Positions 33,807 to 43,320 of a DNA stretch of 64,000 nt are shown here, one piece after another; within the stretch, counting starts at the first letter, position 1, and the number at the start of each line of letters is the position of its first letter. This DNA comes from a virus (taxonomy: Duplodnaviria > Caudoviricetes). Where the stretch lies: positions 3,587-67,586 of the IMG/VR virus record IMGVR_UViG_3300017560_000002. The stretch is one strand, 5' to 3'. The notes beneath the pieces were generated by a model. It had not been told where the DNA came from, searched no databases, and worked only from the letters and a program-made list of their open reading frames with translations. Both the position numbers and the translations under genes were made by a program.

Positions 33807-34706
33807 ATGAAGATGCTGTGGTGCTACGACGACGAGGGCGTCTGGGGACGTCATCTGTATGAAGCGGCGCGTAATCGCAAGATGCCCGCCCGGATGTTTA
33901 CCAGTCCGTACGAGCCGAACGAAGGCTACGTCTTTGCTCACATGCATCACCACCCGAACGTCCGGGCACGCGACAAGGCGGTAATGGCGCATCTGGCGCT
34001 CAATCCCGGTCTTACTCTGATTCCCGACTACCGCTCGTCAGTCGTTTATGACGACAAGATCGAGCAGTGCCGACACTTCGCCAAGTGGATGCCGCGCACG
34101 TTCGTCAGCCGCACTGCGAGCGAAGCCCGGATCGTGCTGGGCCAGATGCGATATCCGTTCATGTCGAAATCGTTCGACGGCGCGGGCTCGCACAACGTAC
34201 GCCTAATCGTCGACGAGGACGCCGCGCGCAACGAAATCCGACTGGCATTTGGTGGCGACGGCATCAAATGCCGCTACAACCAGATGCAGCAAGACTATCT
34301 GTTGTGGCAAGAATTCATTCCGGGCAACGACCACGACATTCGCGCCATCATCATCGGCGAGCAGGTCATGCTGCTACGGCGCGACAATCGCGACGATCGC
34401 CCGATGGCGAGCGGCTCTGGGCGCACGATCCCGATTACGTACAAGAATCTTGACGCTCACTACTGCAGCGCGCTGGATTTTTCGCGTCGGTTCTTCAAGG
34501 AAAACAGCCTGAAATGGTGCGGCATCGATTTGGTGGCGCACGGTGATCGCTGGTACGTGCTCGAGACCACGGTCGGCTGGACGATGCCGGTCTACAACGA
34601 TTGCACGTTCTTCGGGCCGGGCGACGTTTACGCCTCGACGCCCTATACAGGCAAACAGACGTGGAGCGTTCTGCTCGACGAAATACAGCGAGGAATCTTC
34701 AAATGA
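33807..34706 (+). CDS. ATP-grasp ligase (RimK-like)
   Basis: DDK, MPRT, PFMSK..GAGS..V, WQEFIP..DIR, GIDL..VLE. Confidence 0.85.
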   Translation: MKMLWCYDDEGVWGRHLYEAARNRKMPARMFTSPYEPNEGYVFAHMHHHPNVRARDKAVMAHLALNPGLTLIPDYRSSVVYDDKIEQCRHFAKWMPRTFVSRTASEARIVLGQMRYPFMSKSFDGAGSHNVRLIVDEDAARNEIRLAFGGDGIKCRYNQMQQDYLLWQEFIPGNDHDIRAIIIGEQVMLLRRDNRDDRPMASGSGRTIPITYKNLDAHYCSALDFSRRFFKENSLKWCGIDLVAHGDRWYVLETTVGWTMPVYNDCTFFGPGDVYASTPYTGKQTWSVLLDEIQRGIFK

Positions 34707-35293
34707 GGCACTTCTATTCAGACATTCCGGGCTGGGCGTCGTTCGCCAAGCTCTACGTCGATATCGTGCGCGCCGCACCCGCGCAGGGCGCGCACTTCGT
34801 CGAGATCGGCTCGTGGCAAGGCCGGTCCGCCGCGCTGATGGCGGTTGAAATCATCAACAGCGGAAAGCAGATCACTTTCGACTGCGTCGACCCGTGGTCG
34901 GACGGCGGACCCGATCTTAAACACAAGATCGACAAGGCCAACGTCGGTCCGGACTGGCTGTACGAACAGTTCCTCAAGAACACGAAGCCCGTGGCGCACA
35001 TGATCAACGCGCGCCGCATGAAGTCGCTCGAAGCCGCGCCGACCTATCAGGACGCTTCGCTCGACTTCGTCATGATCGACGGATCGCATCAGTACGACGA
35101 CGTCCGCGCCGATATCGTGGCGTGGCTGCCGAAGATCAAGCCCGGCGGCTACATTTCGGGCGACGATTACAACTGGTCTGGCGTCCAGCAGGCCGTAAAC
35201 GAGCTCCTGCCCGGACGCTTTCGCGTGTTTACCAACACGACCAGAAAGCAGGGCAAGAAGGGTCATCCGCGCTACTGGGTCGTTAAATGCTGA
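34703..35293 (+). CDS. Class I SAM-dependent methyltransferase (Methyltransf_24-like)
   Basis: VEIGSWQGRS, VDPW, FVMIDGSHQY..V..D, KPGGYISGDDY; ATG 34703. Confidence 0.88.
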   Translation: MRHFYSDIPGWASFAKLYVDIVRAAPAQGAHFVEIGSWQGRSAALMAVEIINSGKQITFDCVDPWSDGGPDLKHKIDKANVGPDWLYEQFLKNTKPVAHMINARRMKSLEAAPTYQDASLDFVMIDGSHQYDDVRADIVAWLPKIKPGGYISGDDYNWSGVQQAVNELLPGRFRVFTNTTRKQGKKGHPRYWVVKC

Positions 35294-35994
35294 CGCTCGT
35301 AATGGCGTATTATGAAAACCCGGTCATGCTCGCACATCACTTGCACGAGTGGCGGGCGTGGTCGGCTCGAGCACGCAAGGAGATCGCCGTCGTCATCGTC
35401 GACGATGGCTCTCCGCGCAACCCGGCAATCGACGTGCTGACGGGTTTCGATTCCCTGCAGCTGTCGCTATATCGGGTCGACGTCAACATACCGTGGAATC
35501 AGGACGGCGCTCGCAACCTTGCGATGAAGGCGGCGCAGACCGACTGGACGCTGATGACTGACATGGATCATCTGTTGTTGCCGTCGGAGGCCGACCGTCT
35601 GCTCGATATGCCGAAGCAACGCGGCTATTACTACATGCCCGCCCGGCGCACGATCGCGGGCAAGCGTTGCGAGCCGCACTTCAACAGCTACGTCATGCAC
35701 CGCAAGGATTTCTGGCGCATCGGCGGATACGACGAGGACTTTGCCGGCTTTTACGGCAGCGACGGCAATTTTCGCAGGCGTATGAAGGCGTACAAGGCCC
35801 GAGAGGTAGAAACCGAAGCGTTCTACCTGACCCAAGTATTCAGCACCGACGTTGCGGATTCCAACACCCGCGAGTGGGGACGCAAGAAGACTGAATGGGC
35901 TGTGTCGGGCAACTCGGCGCTGAAAGCCAAGAACGCGGCTCCACCTTACGTCGCCAGCGATCCGCTGCGCTTTCCCTACCGGAGACTGATCTGA
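35287..35994 (+). CDS. GT-A glycosyltransferase (GT2/GT7-like)
   Basis: IVDDGS, ARNLAM, TDMD (DxD), GGYDEDF.G.YG.D. Confidence 0.85.
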   Translation: MLTLVMAYYENPVMLAHHLHEWRAWSARARKEIAVVIVDDGSPRNPAIDVLTGFDSLQLSLYRVDVNIPWNQDGARNLAMKAAQTDWTLMTDMDHLLLPSEADRLLDMPKQRGYYYMPARRTIAGKRCEPHFNSYVMHRKDFWRIGGYDEDFAGFYGSDGNFRRRMKAYKAREVETEAFYLTQVFSTDVADSNTREWGRKKTEWAVSGNSALKAKNAAPPYVASDPLRFPYRRLI

Positions 35995-36725
35995 TGCACC
36001 ACATCGTGCTGTGGAAGTGGCACCACCCGACTTACCGCGAGCGATTCACTGCCGACCACGTCAATCACGTGGCGGCGATGCTCAGGCGCAATTGCGCCGG
36101 TTTGGAATTCAGGATCGTGCTGATTACTGACGACGCCGCAGGCGTTGACCCGTCGATCAGCGTCTATCCGCTGTGGCGCGACCATTCCGACATGAACAAC
36201 ATCTGCGGCGCGCACCTACCGTCGTGTTATCGCCGTCTGCGACTGTTTGATCCCGACACTCAGGCGCGGATGGAAATGTATCCGGGCGATCGCATCGTCA
36301 GTATCGATCTTGACGCCGTGATCTGCCAGCCGATCGCCCCGATGCTCGAGCGCAAGGAGCGCTACTTAGGCTGGTTCGTGCACGGCACGCATCACCGTTC
36401 GGTCTACAACGGCTCGCTATTTATGTTTACGGCCGGCGATCTGGCCGACGTCTGGTTGAAATTCCACGCCGACACGTCGCCGAAAGAGGCGCTCGCCGCC
36501 GGTTATCTCGGCTCCGATCAGGGCTGGTTGTCATACTGTTTGCTAAAGAACTCTTGGGCGAGCGGGTGGATCAGGCCCGAAGTCGTCAGTTATTCACGCG
36601 ACGTAATGCAGTCGCGGACGCTGCTGGCCGAGACGCGGATCGTGTTCTTTAATGGTCGACGCAAGCCTTGGCATAGGGATGTTCAGAGGCAGTCGCCTTG
36701 GATTGGTAGATACTGGCGTATATAA
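35994..36725 (+). CDS. GT-A glycosyltransferase (GT8-like)
   Basis: LITDD, SIDLD (DxD), YNGS, SDQGW, FFNGRRKPW; ATG 35994. Confidence 0.78.
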   Translation: MHHIVLWKWHHPTYRERFTADHVNHVAAMLRRNCAGLEFRIVLITDDAAGVDPSISVYPLWRDHSDMNNICGAHLPSCYRRLRLFDPDTQARMEMYPGDRIVSIDLDAVICQPIAPMLERKERYLGWFVHGTHHRSVYNGSLFMFTAGDLADVWLKFHADTSPKEALAAGYLGSDQGWLSYCLLKNSWASGWIRPEVVSYSRDVMQSRTLLAETRIVFFNGRRKPWHRDVQRQSPWIGRYWRI

Positions 36726-36769
36726 CACCGCTGCAAGCAAGGGATGCTTTCGTCCGTTCCTAGAGCGGA

Positions 36770-38053
36770 ATGGAACCGGGGCGTCCCCTGATGCTGAAAG
36801 ACGGCGAGACCAGCAAGATCGAGCTTACTGACCGATTGTCCTTCGGGGACGCCGCCGCCATGCGGATCACGAAGGACGGCTATCTCGTCACTCAGCCGCG
36901 CGTCGCCCGGACCGGAATTCAGCTGTATCGGGGCAGCGAAGTCGGACGGCCGGAACTCGACGTCGTCCGCGTCTATCGCGCCGAAGATCAGGTGTTCCAC
37001 GCCGATTCCTTCCACACCTTCGCCTATCGTCCGATCACCGACGACCATCCACCAGTACCGGTGCAGGCCGACAATTGGAAGCAGTATTCCGTCGGGCAGA
37101 CCGGCGGCGACGTCGTGCGCGACGGTCAGTTCATTCGCGTGCCGATGGTCCTGATGGACCAGACCGCCATCAAAAAGGTGCGTGACGGCAAGGTGGAACT
37201 CTCGGTTGGCTATCTGGCCGAGATCAAGTGGGGCAAGGGCGTATCGCCTCAGGGCGAGCACTACGATGCCCAGCAAGTCGGAATCAACGTCAACCATATC
37301 GCACTGACGGACGCAGCACGAGGCGGGGACAAGCTGCGTATCGGCGACGAAGACGACAACAAGGATAAGAAAGACGGGGGCGCGTCGGACGATAATCCGC
37401 CCGACAAGTTGAGCAAGTCAACACACGGAGACAAGGCAATGGAGAAGCTGATCGTCGATGGCGTGACCATCGAGCTTGAGGACGCTCTGACGGCGGGCGT
37501 GATCCGCAAGGCCGTCAAGGACTTGGAGACGCGCGTCTCTTCGCTGTCCGCCAAGCTGGCGGAGGAAGAGGAAGCGAAGAAGACCGCCGCCACCGACAGC
37601 GCTGCCAACACCACCAAGCTGCAGGCCGAGATCGTCACCAAGGACGCCGAGATCGCCAAGCTCAAGCAGCAGATCGCCGACGCCGCCATGACGCCCCAGC
37701 GCCTCGACGCTCTCGTCAAGGACCGCGCCGAAGTCGTCGCCAAGGCCAAGGCCCTGATCGGCGATACGCTCGTCGTCGATGGCAAGACCGAAGCCGAAAT
37801 TCGCAAGGCCGTGGTCGACGCCAAGATGGGCGACACTGCGAAGTCCTACAACGACGACATGGTGAAGGTGGCCTTCGACACGCTGACTTCCGGCATCAAG
37901 CTCGACGGCACTGCTCCTGCTCCTTCGAATGGCGCCAGCCAGCAGATGGCTCACGCCTTCAAGCAGGACACGCGCACCACCGCCCAGCACTACGACGCGT
38001 ACGACAAGAAGCTGTCGGAGCGCTGGAAGACCGCAGGCATCCCGACCCAGTAA
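36770..38053 (+). CDS. DUF2213-type prohead protease/scaffold protein
   Basis: ARTGIQLY, VELSVGY, NHIALTDAARGG; coiled-coil C-terminus; start may be ATG 36791. Confidence 0.85.
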   Translation: MEPGRPLMLKDGETSKIELTDRLSFGDAAAMRITKDGYLVTQPRVARTGIQLYRGSEVGRPELDVVRVYRAEDQVFHADSFHTFAYRPITDDHPPVPVQADNWKQYSVGQTGGDVVRDGQFIRVPMVLMDQTAIKKVRDGKVELSVGYLAEIKWGKGVSPQGEHYDAQQVGINVNHIALTDAARGGDKLRIGDEDDNKDKKDGGASDDNPPDKLSKSTHGDKAMEKLIVDGVTIELEDALTAGVIRKAVKDLETRVSSLSAKLAEEEEAKKTAATDSAANTTKLQAEIVTKDAEIAKLKQQIADAAMTPQRLDALVKDRAEVVAKAKALIGDTLVVDGKTEAEIRKAVVDAKMGDTAKSYNDDMVKVAFDTLTSGIKLDGTAPAPSNGASQQMAHAFKQDTRTTAQHYDAYDKKLSERWKTAGIPTQ

Positions 38054-38162
38054 CACCGGGGCGTCAATCCCGGTAAGTGAAGCGGGCGTGCATCGTTAAG
38101 GTGCACGCCAGACGGCAACGAAAGCACCGGAACTCTTCCGGCCCATTCAGGAGGTAGACTTA

Positions 38163-38633
38163 ATGTCTCCCATTCAGACGACCTACAACGAGCGGATGGA
38201 GCCGGGCGCACCCGGCCTTGTTCAGGGCTCGGATCACAAGGTGATCACGGGCGTAGTCGCCGCCGAGGCCGGAATCGGTTTCGGTCTCGGCGTCCGTCGC
38301 GATTCGGCTTCCGAAAAGGCCACGCTTCCCGGCGCGGCCACCGCCACGTTCTACGGCGTGTCGGTCCGTGACGTGACGCTCGATCCGCGCCACGAAGACA
38401 AGTATCCGAGGTATGCCAACATCGGCATCCTCCAGCGCGGCTCGATCTGGGTTCAGGTCAACGGGGACGTGGCAGTCGGCGGCGCGGCGTACGTTCATGC
38501 AACGTCCGGCGCACTCGGCCCGGCCGGCTCCGACATGACCGAGATTTCTCAGAGCCGCTGGCTTACGTCGGCAGCGTCTGGCGGTCTGGCGCTGCTGGAA
38601 ATCGACGCGTTCCACATCCCGGCCAACGCTTAA
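38163..38633 (+). CDS. Capsid decoration/cement protein
   Basis: Between scaffold and major capsid genes; I.FG.GV, G.IWV pattern. Confidence 0.7.
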   Translation: MSPIQTTYNERMEPGAPGLVQGSDHKVITGVVAAEAGIGFGLGVRRDSASEKATLPGAATATFYGVSVRDVTLDPRHEDKYPRYANIGILQRGSIWVQVNGDVAVGGAAYVHATSGALGPAGSDMTEISQSRWLTSAASGGLALLEIDAFHIPANA

Positions 38634-38698
38634 CCGCGCCCTAACCGGCGCTTTCTTTCACGACGCGCGACTGCGTCACGTTTGGGAGACACTGCAAG

Positions 38699-39664
38699 AT
38701 GTACCTTGTGGATCAGCAGGCGGCACTGGGCTTTTTGCAGTCCCAGACTGCCCACATCGAAAGTCAGGTGGTCGAGGTTCAGTACCCCGACATTCAGTAT
38801 CCTGACATCATCCCCGTCGATTCGACGGCCAACGAATGGGCAACGTCGGTCGAGTATTACTCGACCGATCGCGTCGGCAAGGCCGGGTGGTTCCATCACC
38901 ACGCCAAGGACATCCACGTCGCCGACGTCCAGCGCAACCGCCACGAAGTCAGCATCGAAATGGCTGACGTCGGCTACCGCTACACGCTGCAGGAACTTGG
39001 CACGGCGATGATGATTCCCGGCCGTAATCTTTCTGCGGACCGTGCGGCGGCGGCGCGTCGGGCCTACGAAGAGTTCATCGACGAAGTCGCGCTGCGCGGC
39101 GACGCTGAGAAGAACTTCCACGGCCTGATCAACTACCCCGGCATTTCATCGGCTCTGGTCCCGGCGGGTGCCGGTTCCGGCACCCCGCTGAACTGGATCG
39201 GCAAGACGCCCGACGAGATTTTGGCCGACGTCAATGCCGTGCTGATCGGCATGTGGACGTCGTCCAACACCGTCGAAATGGCGGATACGATCCTGATTCC
39301 GCCGGCCGCGATGGCGGCAATCGCGACGCGGCGTCTGACGGACACGCAGATCACGGTCCTGCAGTTCTTGCTGCAGAACAACGTCTACTCGCACACGACC
39401 GGTCGCCCGCTGGTGATTCGCGCCGTGCGTGGGCTCGAGACGGCGGGCGTCGGCGGCACCGGCCGCATGATCGCCTATCGGCGTGATCCGCTGGTCCTCA
39501 AGCTGCACATTCCGATGACCCATCGGTTCTTGCAGCCGTTCCAGACTGCGCCGCTGGTCTTCGACGTTCCGGGCATCTTCCGTCTCGCCGGCCTCGAAGT
39601 CCGACGGCCGGGAGCCATCCGGTACGCCGACGGCATCCTTGCCGCGCCGTCCGACAGCGAGTAA
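38699..39664 (+). CDS. Major capsid protein (DUF2184-type HK97 fold)
   Basis: FLQSQTAHIE, GYRYTLQEL, GLINYP, PMTHRFL; size and position. Confidence 0.88.
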   Translation: MYLVDQQAALGFLQSQTAHIESQVVEVQYPDIQYPDIIPVDSTANEWATSVEYYSTDRVGKAGWFHHHAKDIHVADVQRNRHEVSIEMADVGYRYTLQELGTAMMIPGRNLSADRAAAARRAYEEFIDEVALRGDAEKNFHGLINYPGISSALVPAGAGSGTPLNWIGKTPDEILADVNAVLIGMWTSSNTVEMADTILIPPAAMAAIATRRLTDTQITVLQFLLQNNVYSHTTGRPLVIRAVRGLETAGVGGTGRMIAYRRDPLVLKLHIPMTHRFLQPFQTAPLVFDVPGIFRLAGLEVRRPGAIRYADGILAAPSDSE

Positions 39665-39799
39665 GCAACGGGGATCAAGTCGCGCTTAATCCGCTCTCCT
39701 CTTGGGTGCGACTTGTGGACCCGGTCAGTGATTACGCGGCACTGGCCGGGTCCTTCGCATCTTGAGACTTCGCCGCGTATCAAATAGGAGACCCGCGTA

Positions 39800-40363
39800 A
39801 TGTACGAAGTCACCAACAAGCGCACGGGGCAGCTTGAAGTTCCGGACCGGTTCGGTCGAGTGCGCGTCATTCCACCCGGACAGACGAGCGTCATCGACCT
39901 TTCCGAGCAGGTATTCAAAATCCTGAAAGCCGAAGAGCGCCGCACCAACAAAGTGCTGTTGAAGCACGTGTCCGGCCCGGACGACTGGTTTGACAAGAAG
40001 CCGTCCGACCCGCCGCCGGCCCAGACAGGACAGGAAGGCGATCCCGCCAATCCGGAGGACGAGGACGGTACGACGACGGACCACACGTCGCCGCCCGCGT
40101 CCGACGCGCCGACCCAGCAGCCCGCCGGTTCGGACGCGGATGCTGGCGGAACCGACGATACGTCCGACGCCGACGCCGACGCGAAGGGCTACCGCAAGTC
40201 GATCGCAGCCGGCCTGCTCGAGCAGCAGGACAAGGGCGAGATCAACTATGACCAGCTGCTGGAGGCCACCTTCGCGCTCGTCGACAAGTCGGAATTCAGG
40301 GCTCCGCGCCCGAGAAAGTCCGACCTTCTTGACGCGCTTCGCAAGGTAGCGGCGGAGGGCTGA
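39800..40363 (+). CDS. Hypothetical virion-module protein
   Basis: AAATAGGAG leader at 39782. Confidence 0.65.
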   Translation: MYEVTNKRTGQLEVPDRFGRVRVIPPGQTSVIDLSEQVFKILKAEERRTNKVLLKHVSGPDDWFDKKPSDPPPAQTGQEGDPANPEDEDGTTTDHTSPPASDAPTQQPAGSDADAGGTDDTSDADADAKGYRKSIAAGLLEQQDKGEINYDQLLEATFALVDKSEFRAPRPRKSDLLDALRKVAAEG

Positions 40364-40367
40364 CGCA

Positions 40368-40724
40368 ATGGCGGAACCCTACGTTCCCCCGACGGTCGAA
40401 GATGTCGTCCTGCGTTATCCGGACCTTGAAGTCTATGACGAGGACCGGTTGCAGGCGCTTCTTAACGACGCCATCGACATGGTCGGTCCGACTTGGATCA
40501 GCCGTGACCGCAGGAAAGCGACGATGCTGCTCGTCGCCCACTGGGCAACGTCGGGGGAAACGGAAGGCGATCCGGGCAACATACAGTCGGAGAGCTTCGG
40601 GCCGATTTCCGTATCCTACGGCTCGTCGCCCTCCGTCGGTAGCAACGACTTTAGCTCGACGGGATACGGTCGCCAGTACGTCGCGTTGCGGCGGCTGAAT
40701 TTCCCCGGAATTGCGGTGGTTTGA
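40368..40724 (+). CDS. Head-tail adaptor (DUF4054-like)
   Basis: LLVAHW, IQSESFG.ISVSYG, TGYGRQY. Confidence 0.8.
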   Translation: MAEPYVPPTVEDVVLRYPDLEVYDEDRLQALLNDAIDMVGPTWISRDRRKATMLLVAHWATSGETEGDPGNIQSESFGPISVSYGSSPSVGSNDFSSTGYGRQYVALRRLNFPGIAVV

Positions 40725-41088
40725 GGACATGCCACGCTTTAGCACCGAAAGAGCACAGCGCGTCTCGCATCGCCAGATCATCCGGTTTGGCTCGAGCGCG
40801 CGTGTGCCGGGTGCTATCGGCAAATTGCGACGCGGCACTACCGATCGCACGTGCTACGTCGCCGTGCTCGATTACACGCCGCGCGAACAGTCGCTGCGGC
40901 TGGAGTATTCACGCCGCGCGTTGATTTCAACGGTCGGCCTCGCAGTTCCGCCGGACCACGAATTAGACAAACTCGTTGTTGGTGGCGAGATTTTCCGGCT
41001 TGTGAAGCCTCCCGAAGGGCCACGCCCCGGCGGCGTCCCGATTTTTCACGACTGCGAAGTGCAGTACGAATCCAGAGTAGGTGCGTGA
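40711..41088 (+). CDS. Putative head-closure protein
   Basis: Position and size; start may be ATG 40729. Confidence 0.55.
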   Translation: MRWFEDMPRFSTERAQRVSHRQIIRFGSSARVPGAIGKLRRGTTDRTCYVAVLDYTPREQSLRLEYSRRALISTVGLAVPPDHELDKLVVGGEIFRLVKPPEGPRPGGVPIFHDCEVQYESRVGA

Positions 41089-41549
41089 TGGATCGCCGCG
41101 AAGCCATTCTCGCTCGTCTCTTTACGGTGGCCGGCATCCCGGCTCACACGCCGCCGTTTACGACCCGCGTCCGTAATCGAGCGATGATCGATCCCGACAA
41201 GCGCCCGACGTTCGTGATGCTCGACGGCACCGAGAGCGAAGCGGCCAGCCAGCCCAACCGGGGACGGGTGGCGCTGTCGCCGTCCATCATGATTCTGCGT
41301 CCGCAGTTGTTCGTGTTGTTAAAGACGCAGAAGCCGACAAACGAGACGGTCGGCCAGTTGCTCAATGAGTACCGCGTGGCCATGCTTAAGGCAATCGGCG
41401 AAGACCCGGAGCTTCTGGAGTTGGTCGGTGACAACGGCAACATTCGTTATCACGGGTGTCTCACCGACTTGCAGTCAGGCTCGAGCATGGAAGGGCAGAT
41501 GCAGCTGAATTTGTCTCTGTCCTACCCCCTTAATCCATTCGAACTTTAA
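41088..41549 (+). CDS. Putative tail terminator/completion protein
   Basis: MDRREAILARL; directly upstream of the tail tube gene. Confidence 0.6.
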   Translation: MDRREAILARLFTVAGIPAHTPPFTTRVRNRAMIDPDKRPTFVMLDGTESEAASQPNRGRVALSPSIMILRPQLFVLLKTQKPTNETVGQLLNEYRVAMLKAIGEDPELLELVGDNGNIRYHGCLTDLQSGSSMEGQMQLNLSLSYPLNPFEL

Positions 41550-41565
41550 CACTGGAGACCACGTC

Positions 41566-42132
41566 ATGGCCGACGCAGTCCTTAACGCCCCGAACCCGCG
41601 CAACTACCGCATCGGTAAGGGTCGTGGTTACTTCAAGCGCTTGGGAGACACCGACTTTCGCGCGCTGGGCAACTGCCCGGAGATCGAATTCACGCCCGTG
41701 ATCGAGAAGCTCGAGCACTTCTCGTCGATGGAAGGCGTGCGCGTCAAGGATTTGGACGTGGTGCTCGAGAAGGGCGGTACGCTCCGGATCGTCATGGAAG
41801 AAGCCACCCTGCACAACCTGCAGATGCTTCTGATCGGCGACGTCGATATGCTCGACCCGGAAGGCCCGTCCATCGACATTCTGGGCGGCGTCAGCCTCGA
41901 GGGCGAGTTCCGCTTCGTTTCGTCCAACGACGTCGGACCGAAGTACAACATTCACCTGTATCGCGTCGTGTTCTCACCGTCCGGCTCGCTCAATCTGATC
42001 GATCAGGACGAAGTCGGGAACTTCGAAGTCGAAGGCGAATCCCTGATCGCAATTCCGGGCGGGCCGAACGAAGGCAAGTTCGGCAAGCTGTGGTTCACCA
42101 ATATCGAAGGGTACATGCCCGCCGATAGCTGA
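41566..42132 (+). CDS. Major tail (tube) protein
   Basis: NYRIGKG, LGNCPEIEF, EHFSS..G.R.KD; position. Confidence 0.75.
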   Translation: MADAVLNAPNPRNYRIGKGRGYFKRLGDTDFRALGNCPEIEFTPVIEKLEHFSSMEGVRVKDLDVVLEKGGTLRIVMEEATLHNLQMLLIGDVDMLDPEGPSIDILGGVSLEGEFRFVSSNDVGPKYNIHLYRVVFSPSGSLNLIDQDEVGNFEVEGESLIAIPGGPNEGKFGKLWFTNIEGYMPADS

Positions 42133-42161
42133 CGACCAACCGCGTAAATGAGGAGAGAGCA

Positions 42162-42611
42162 GTGGTCAGTTTGGTTGACATCGTAAACGCCCCACAGGAA
42201 GTGGAAATACAGGGGCACAAGCTGAAAGTACGCGGCATTTCTGGCGAGGGTGTCGCGTACCTTCTCGTCGACTTCCCGGAGCTCCGGCTCGCAATGATCA
42301 ACAAGGGCGAAGACTTGACGCCTGAGACACTGCTCCGGATCGCACCGAAAGCAGTGGCGTCAATCATCGCGGCCGGCATCGGCCAGCAGGGCGACAAGGC
42401 GACGATCGACGCGGCGCGCATCTTGCCACTCGGCGATCAGATCGCGCTGCTTGGGCCGATCGTCAAGCAGACGTTCCCTCGAGGTATCCGAAGTTTTCTC
42501 GAGGCTCTGGAGGAATTCAGCCGCGAAGTCGGCGTGCATGGATGGGTAGCGGGTACGAAATCGCCAGAGCCGTCGAACAACTCCGATCTCGAGGGCACGC
42601 CGACGCAATAA
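42162..42611 (+). CDS. Tail assembly chaperone
   Basis: Lies between tail tube and tape measure genes. Confidence 0.7.
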   Translation: MVSLVDIVNAPQEVEIQGHKLKVRGISGEGVAYLLVDFPELRLAMINKGEDLTPETLLRIAPKAVASIIAAGIGQQGDKATIDAARILPLGDQIALLGPIVKQTFPRGIRSFLEALEEFSREVGVHGWVAGTKSPEPSNNSDLEGTPTQ

Positions 42612-42769
42612 CTTACACGCCGCGACAGTTAGCGGCGTGGATCGAGTTAGGAGATCGCCGACAGATACGAGAGGACGCAAGATACGTCGCCCTGACGAGG
42701 CTGGCCTCAATGGGTGACAAATCGAAGCTAGCCAAGTTTTACAGGACTGCACTGGAACAGTCTAGATGA
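42542..42769 (+). CDS. Second tail chaperone ORF, possibly frameshift-fused to the first
   Basis: Overlaps the chaperone 3' end in the -1 frame. Confidence 0.5.
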   Translation: MGSGYEIARAVEQLRSRGHADAITYTPRQLAAWIELGDRRQIREDARYVALTRLASMGDKSKLAKFYRTALEQSR

Positions 42770-43320
42770 TTCGCTTCGAGTTAGGCGACAAGCAAGTTGG
42801 GCGGCGCTTTCGTTTCGGCTTCACGCGGTTCGCGGAGAGGGTCGGACGGGCAGCCGCCCGCTCTGCATTGGAAGTGGCGGAAGAAATCGAGGATCGCGTT
42901 AAGGTGCAGATCGCAGGCGCAGACGGTGAATTCGGACTACGCTGGCCGCGCGGCTTCCATGCGGAGCCGCAAGTGCGTCCGGGTACGAACGAAATCGTCA
43001 TCCGCGCGTGGCACGACATTTTTTACTGGACGGTCCACGAGTTCGGCGCAGTGATCCGGGGCAAGCCGCTGCTCTGGATTCCGCTTAGCTTCGCCGACGA
43101 CGCCAAGGGCGTATGGGCGCGCGACTATCCGGGCGGCTTGTTTCGCGTCGATCGAGCCGGCAAAGCGCCGCTGTTGCTGTCACGGGAGACCGGCGAACCC
43201 AAATACTTTGGTAAGGAGTCCGTCAAAGTACCGCCGCGATTTAAGATACGCGCGATCATCAAGGACGTCTCGACTAAGATACGAAACGTCTACCGTCGGA
43301 ATTACAAGGCCACGAAATGA
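42766..43320 (+). CDS. Putative neck/tail completion protein
   Basis: YWTVHEFGAVI..K..LWIP pattern. Confidence 0.55.
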   Translation: MIRFELGDKQVGRRFRFGFTRFAERVGRAAARSALEVAEEIEDRVKVQIAGADGEFGLRWPRGFHAEPQVRPGTNEIVIRAWHDIFYWTVHEFGAVIRGKPLLWIPLSFADDAKGVWARDYPGGLFRVDRAGKAPLLLSRETGEPKYFGKESVKVPPRFKIRAIIKDVSTKIRNVYRRNYKATK

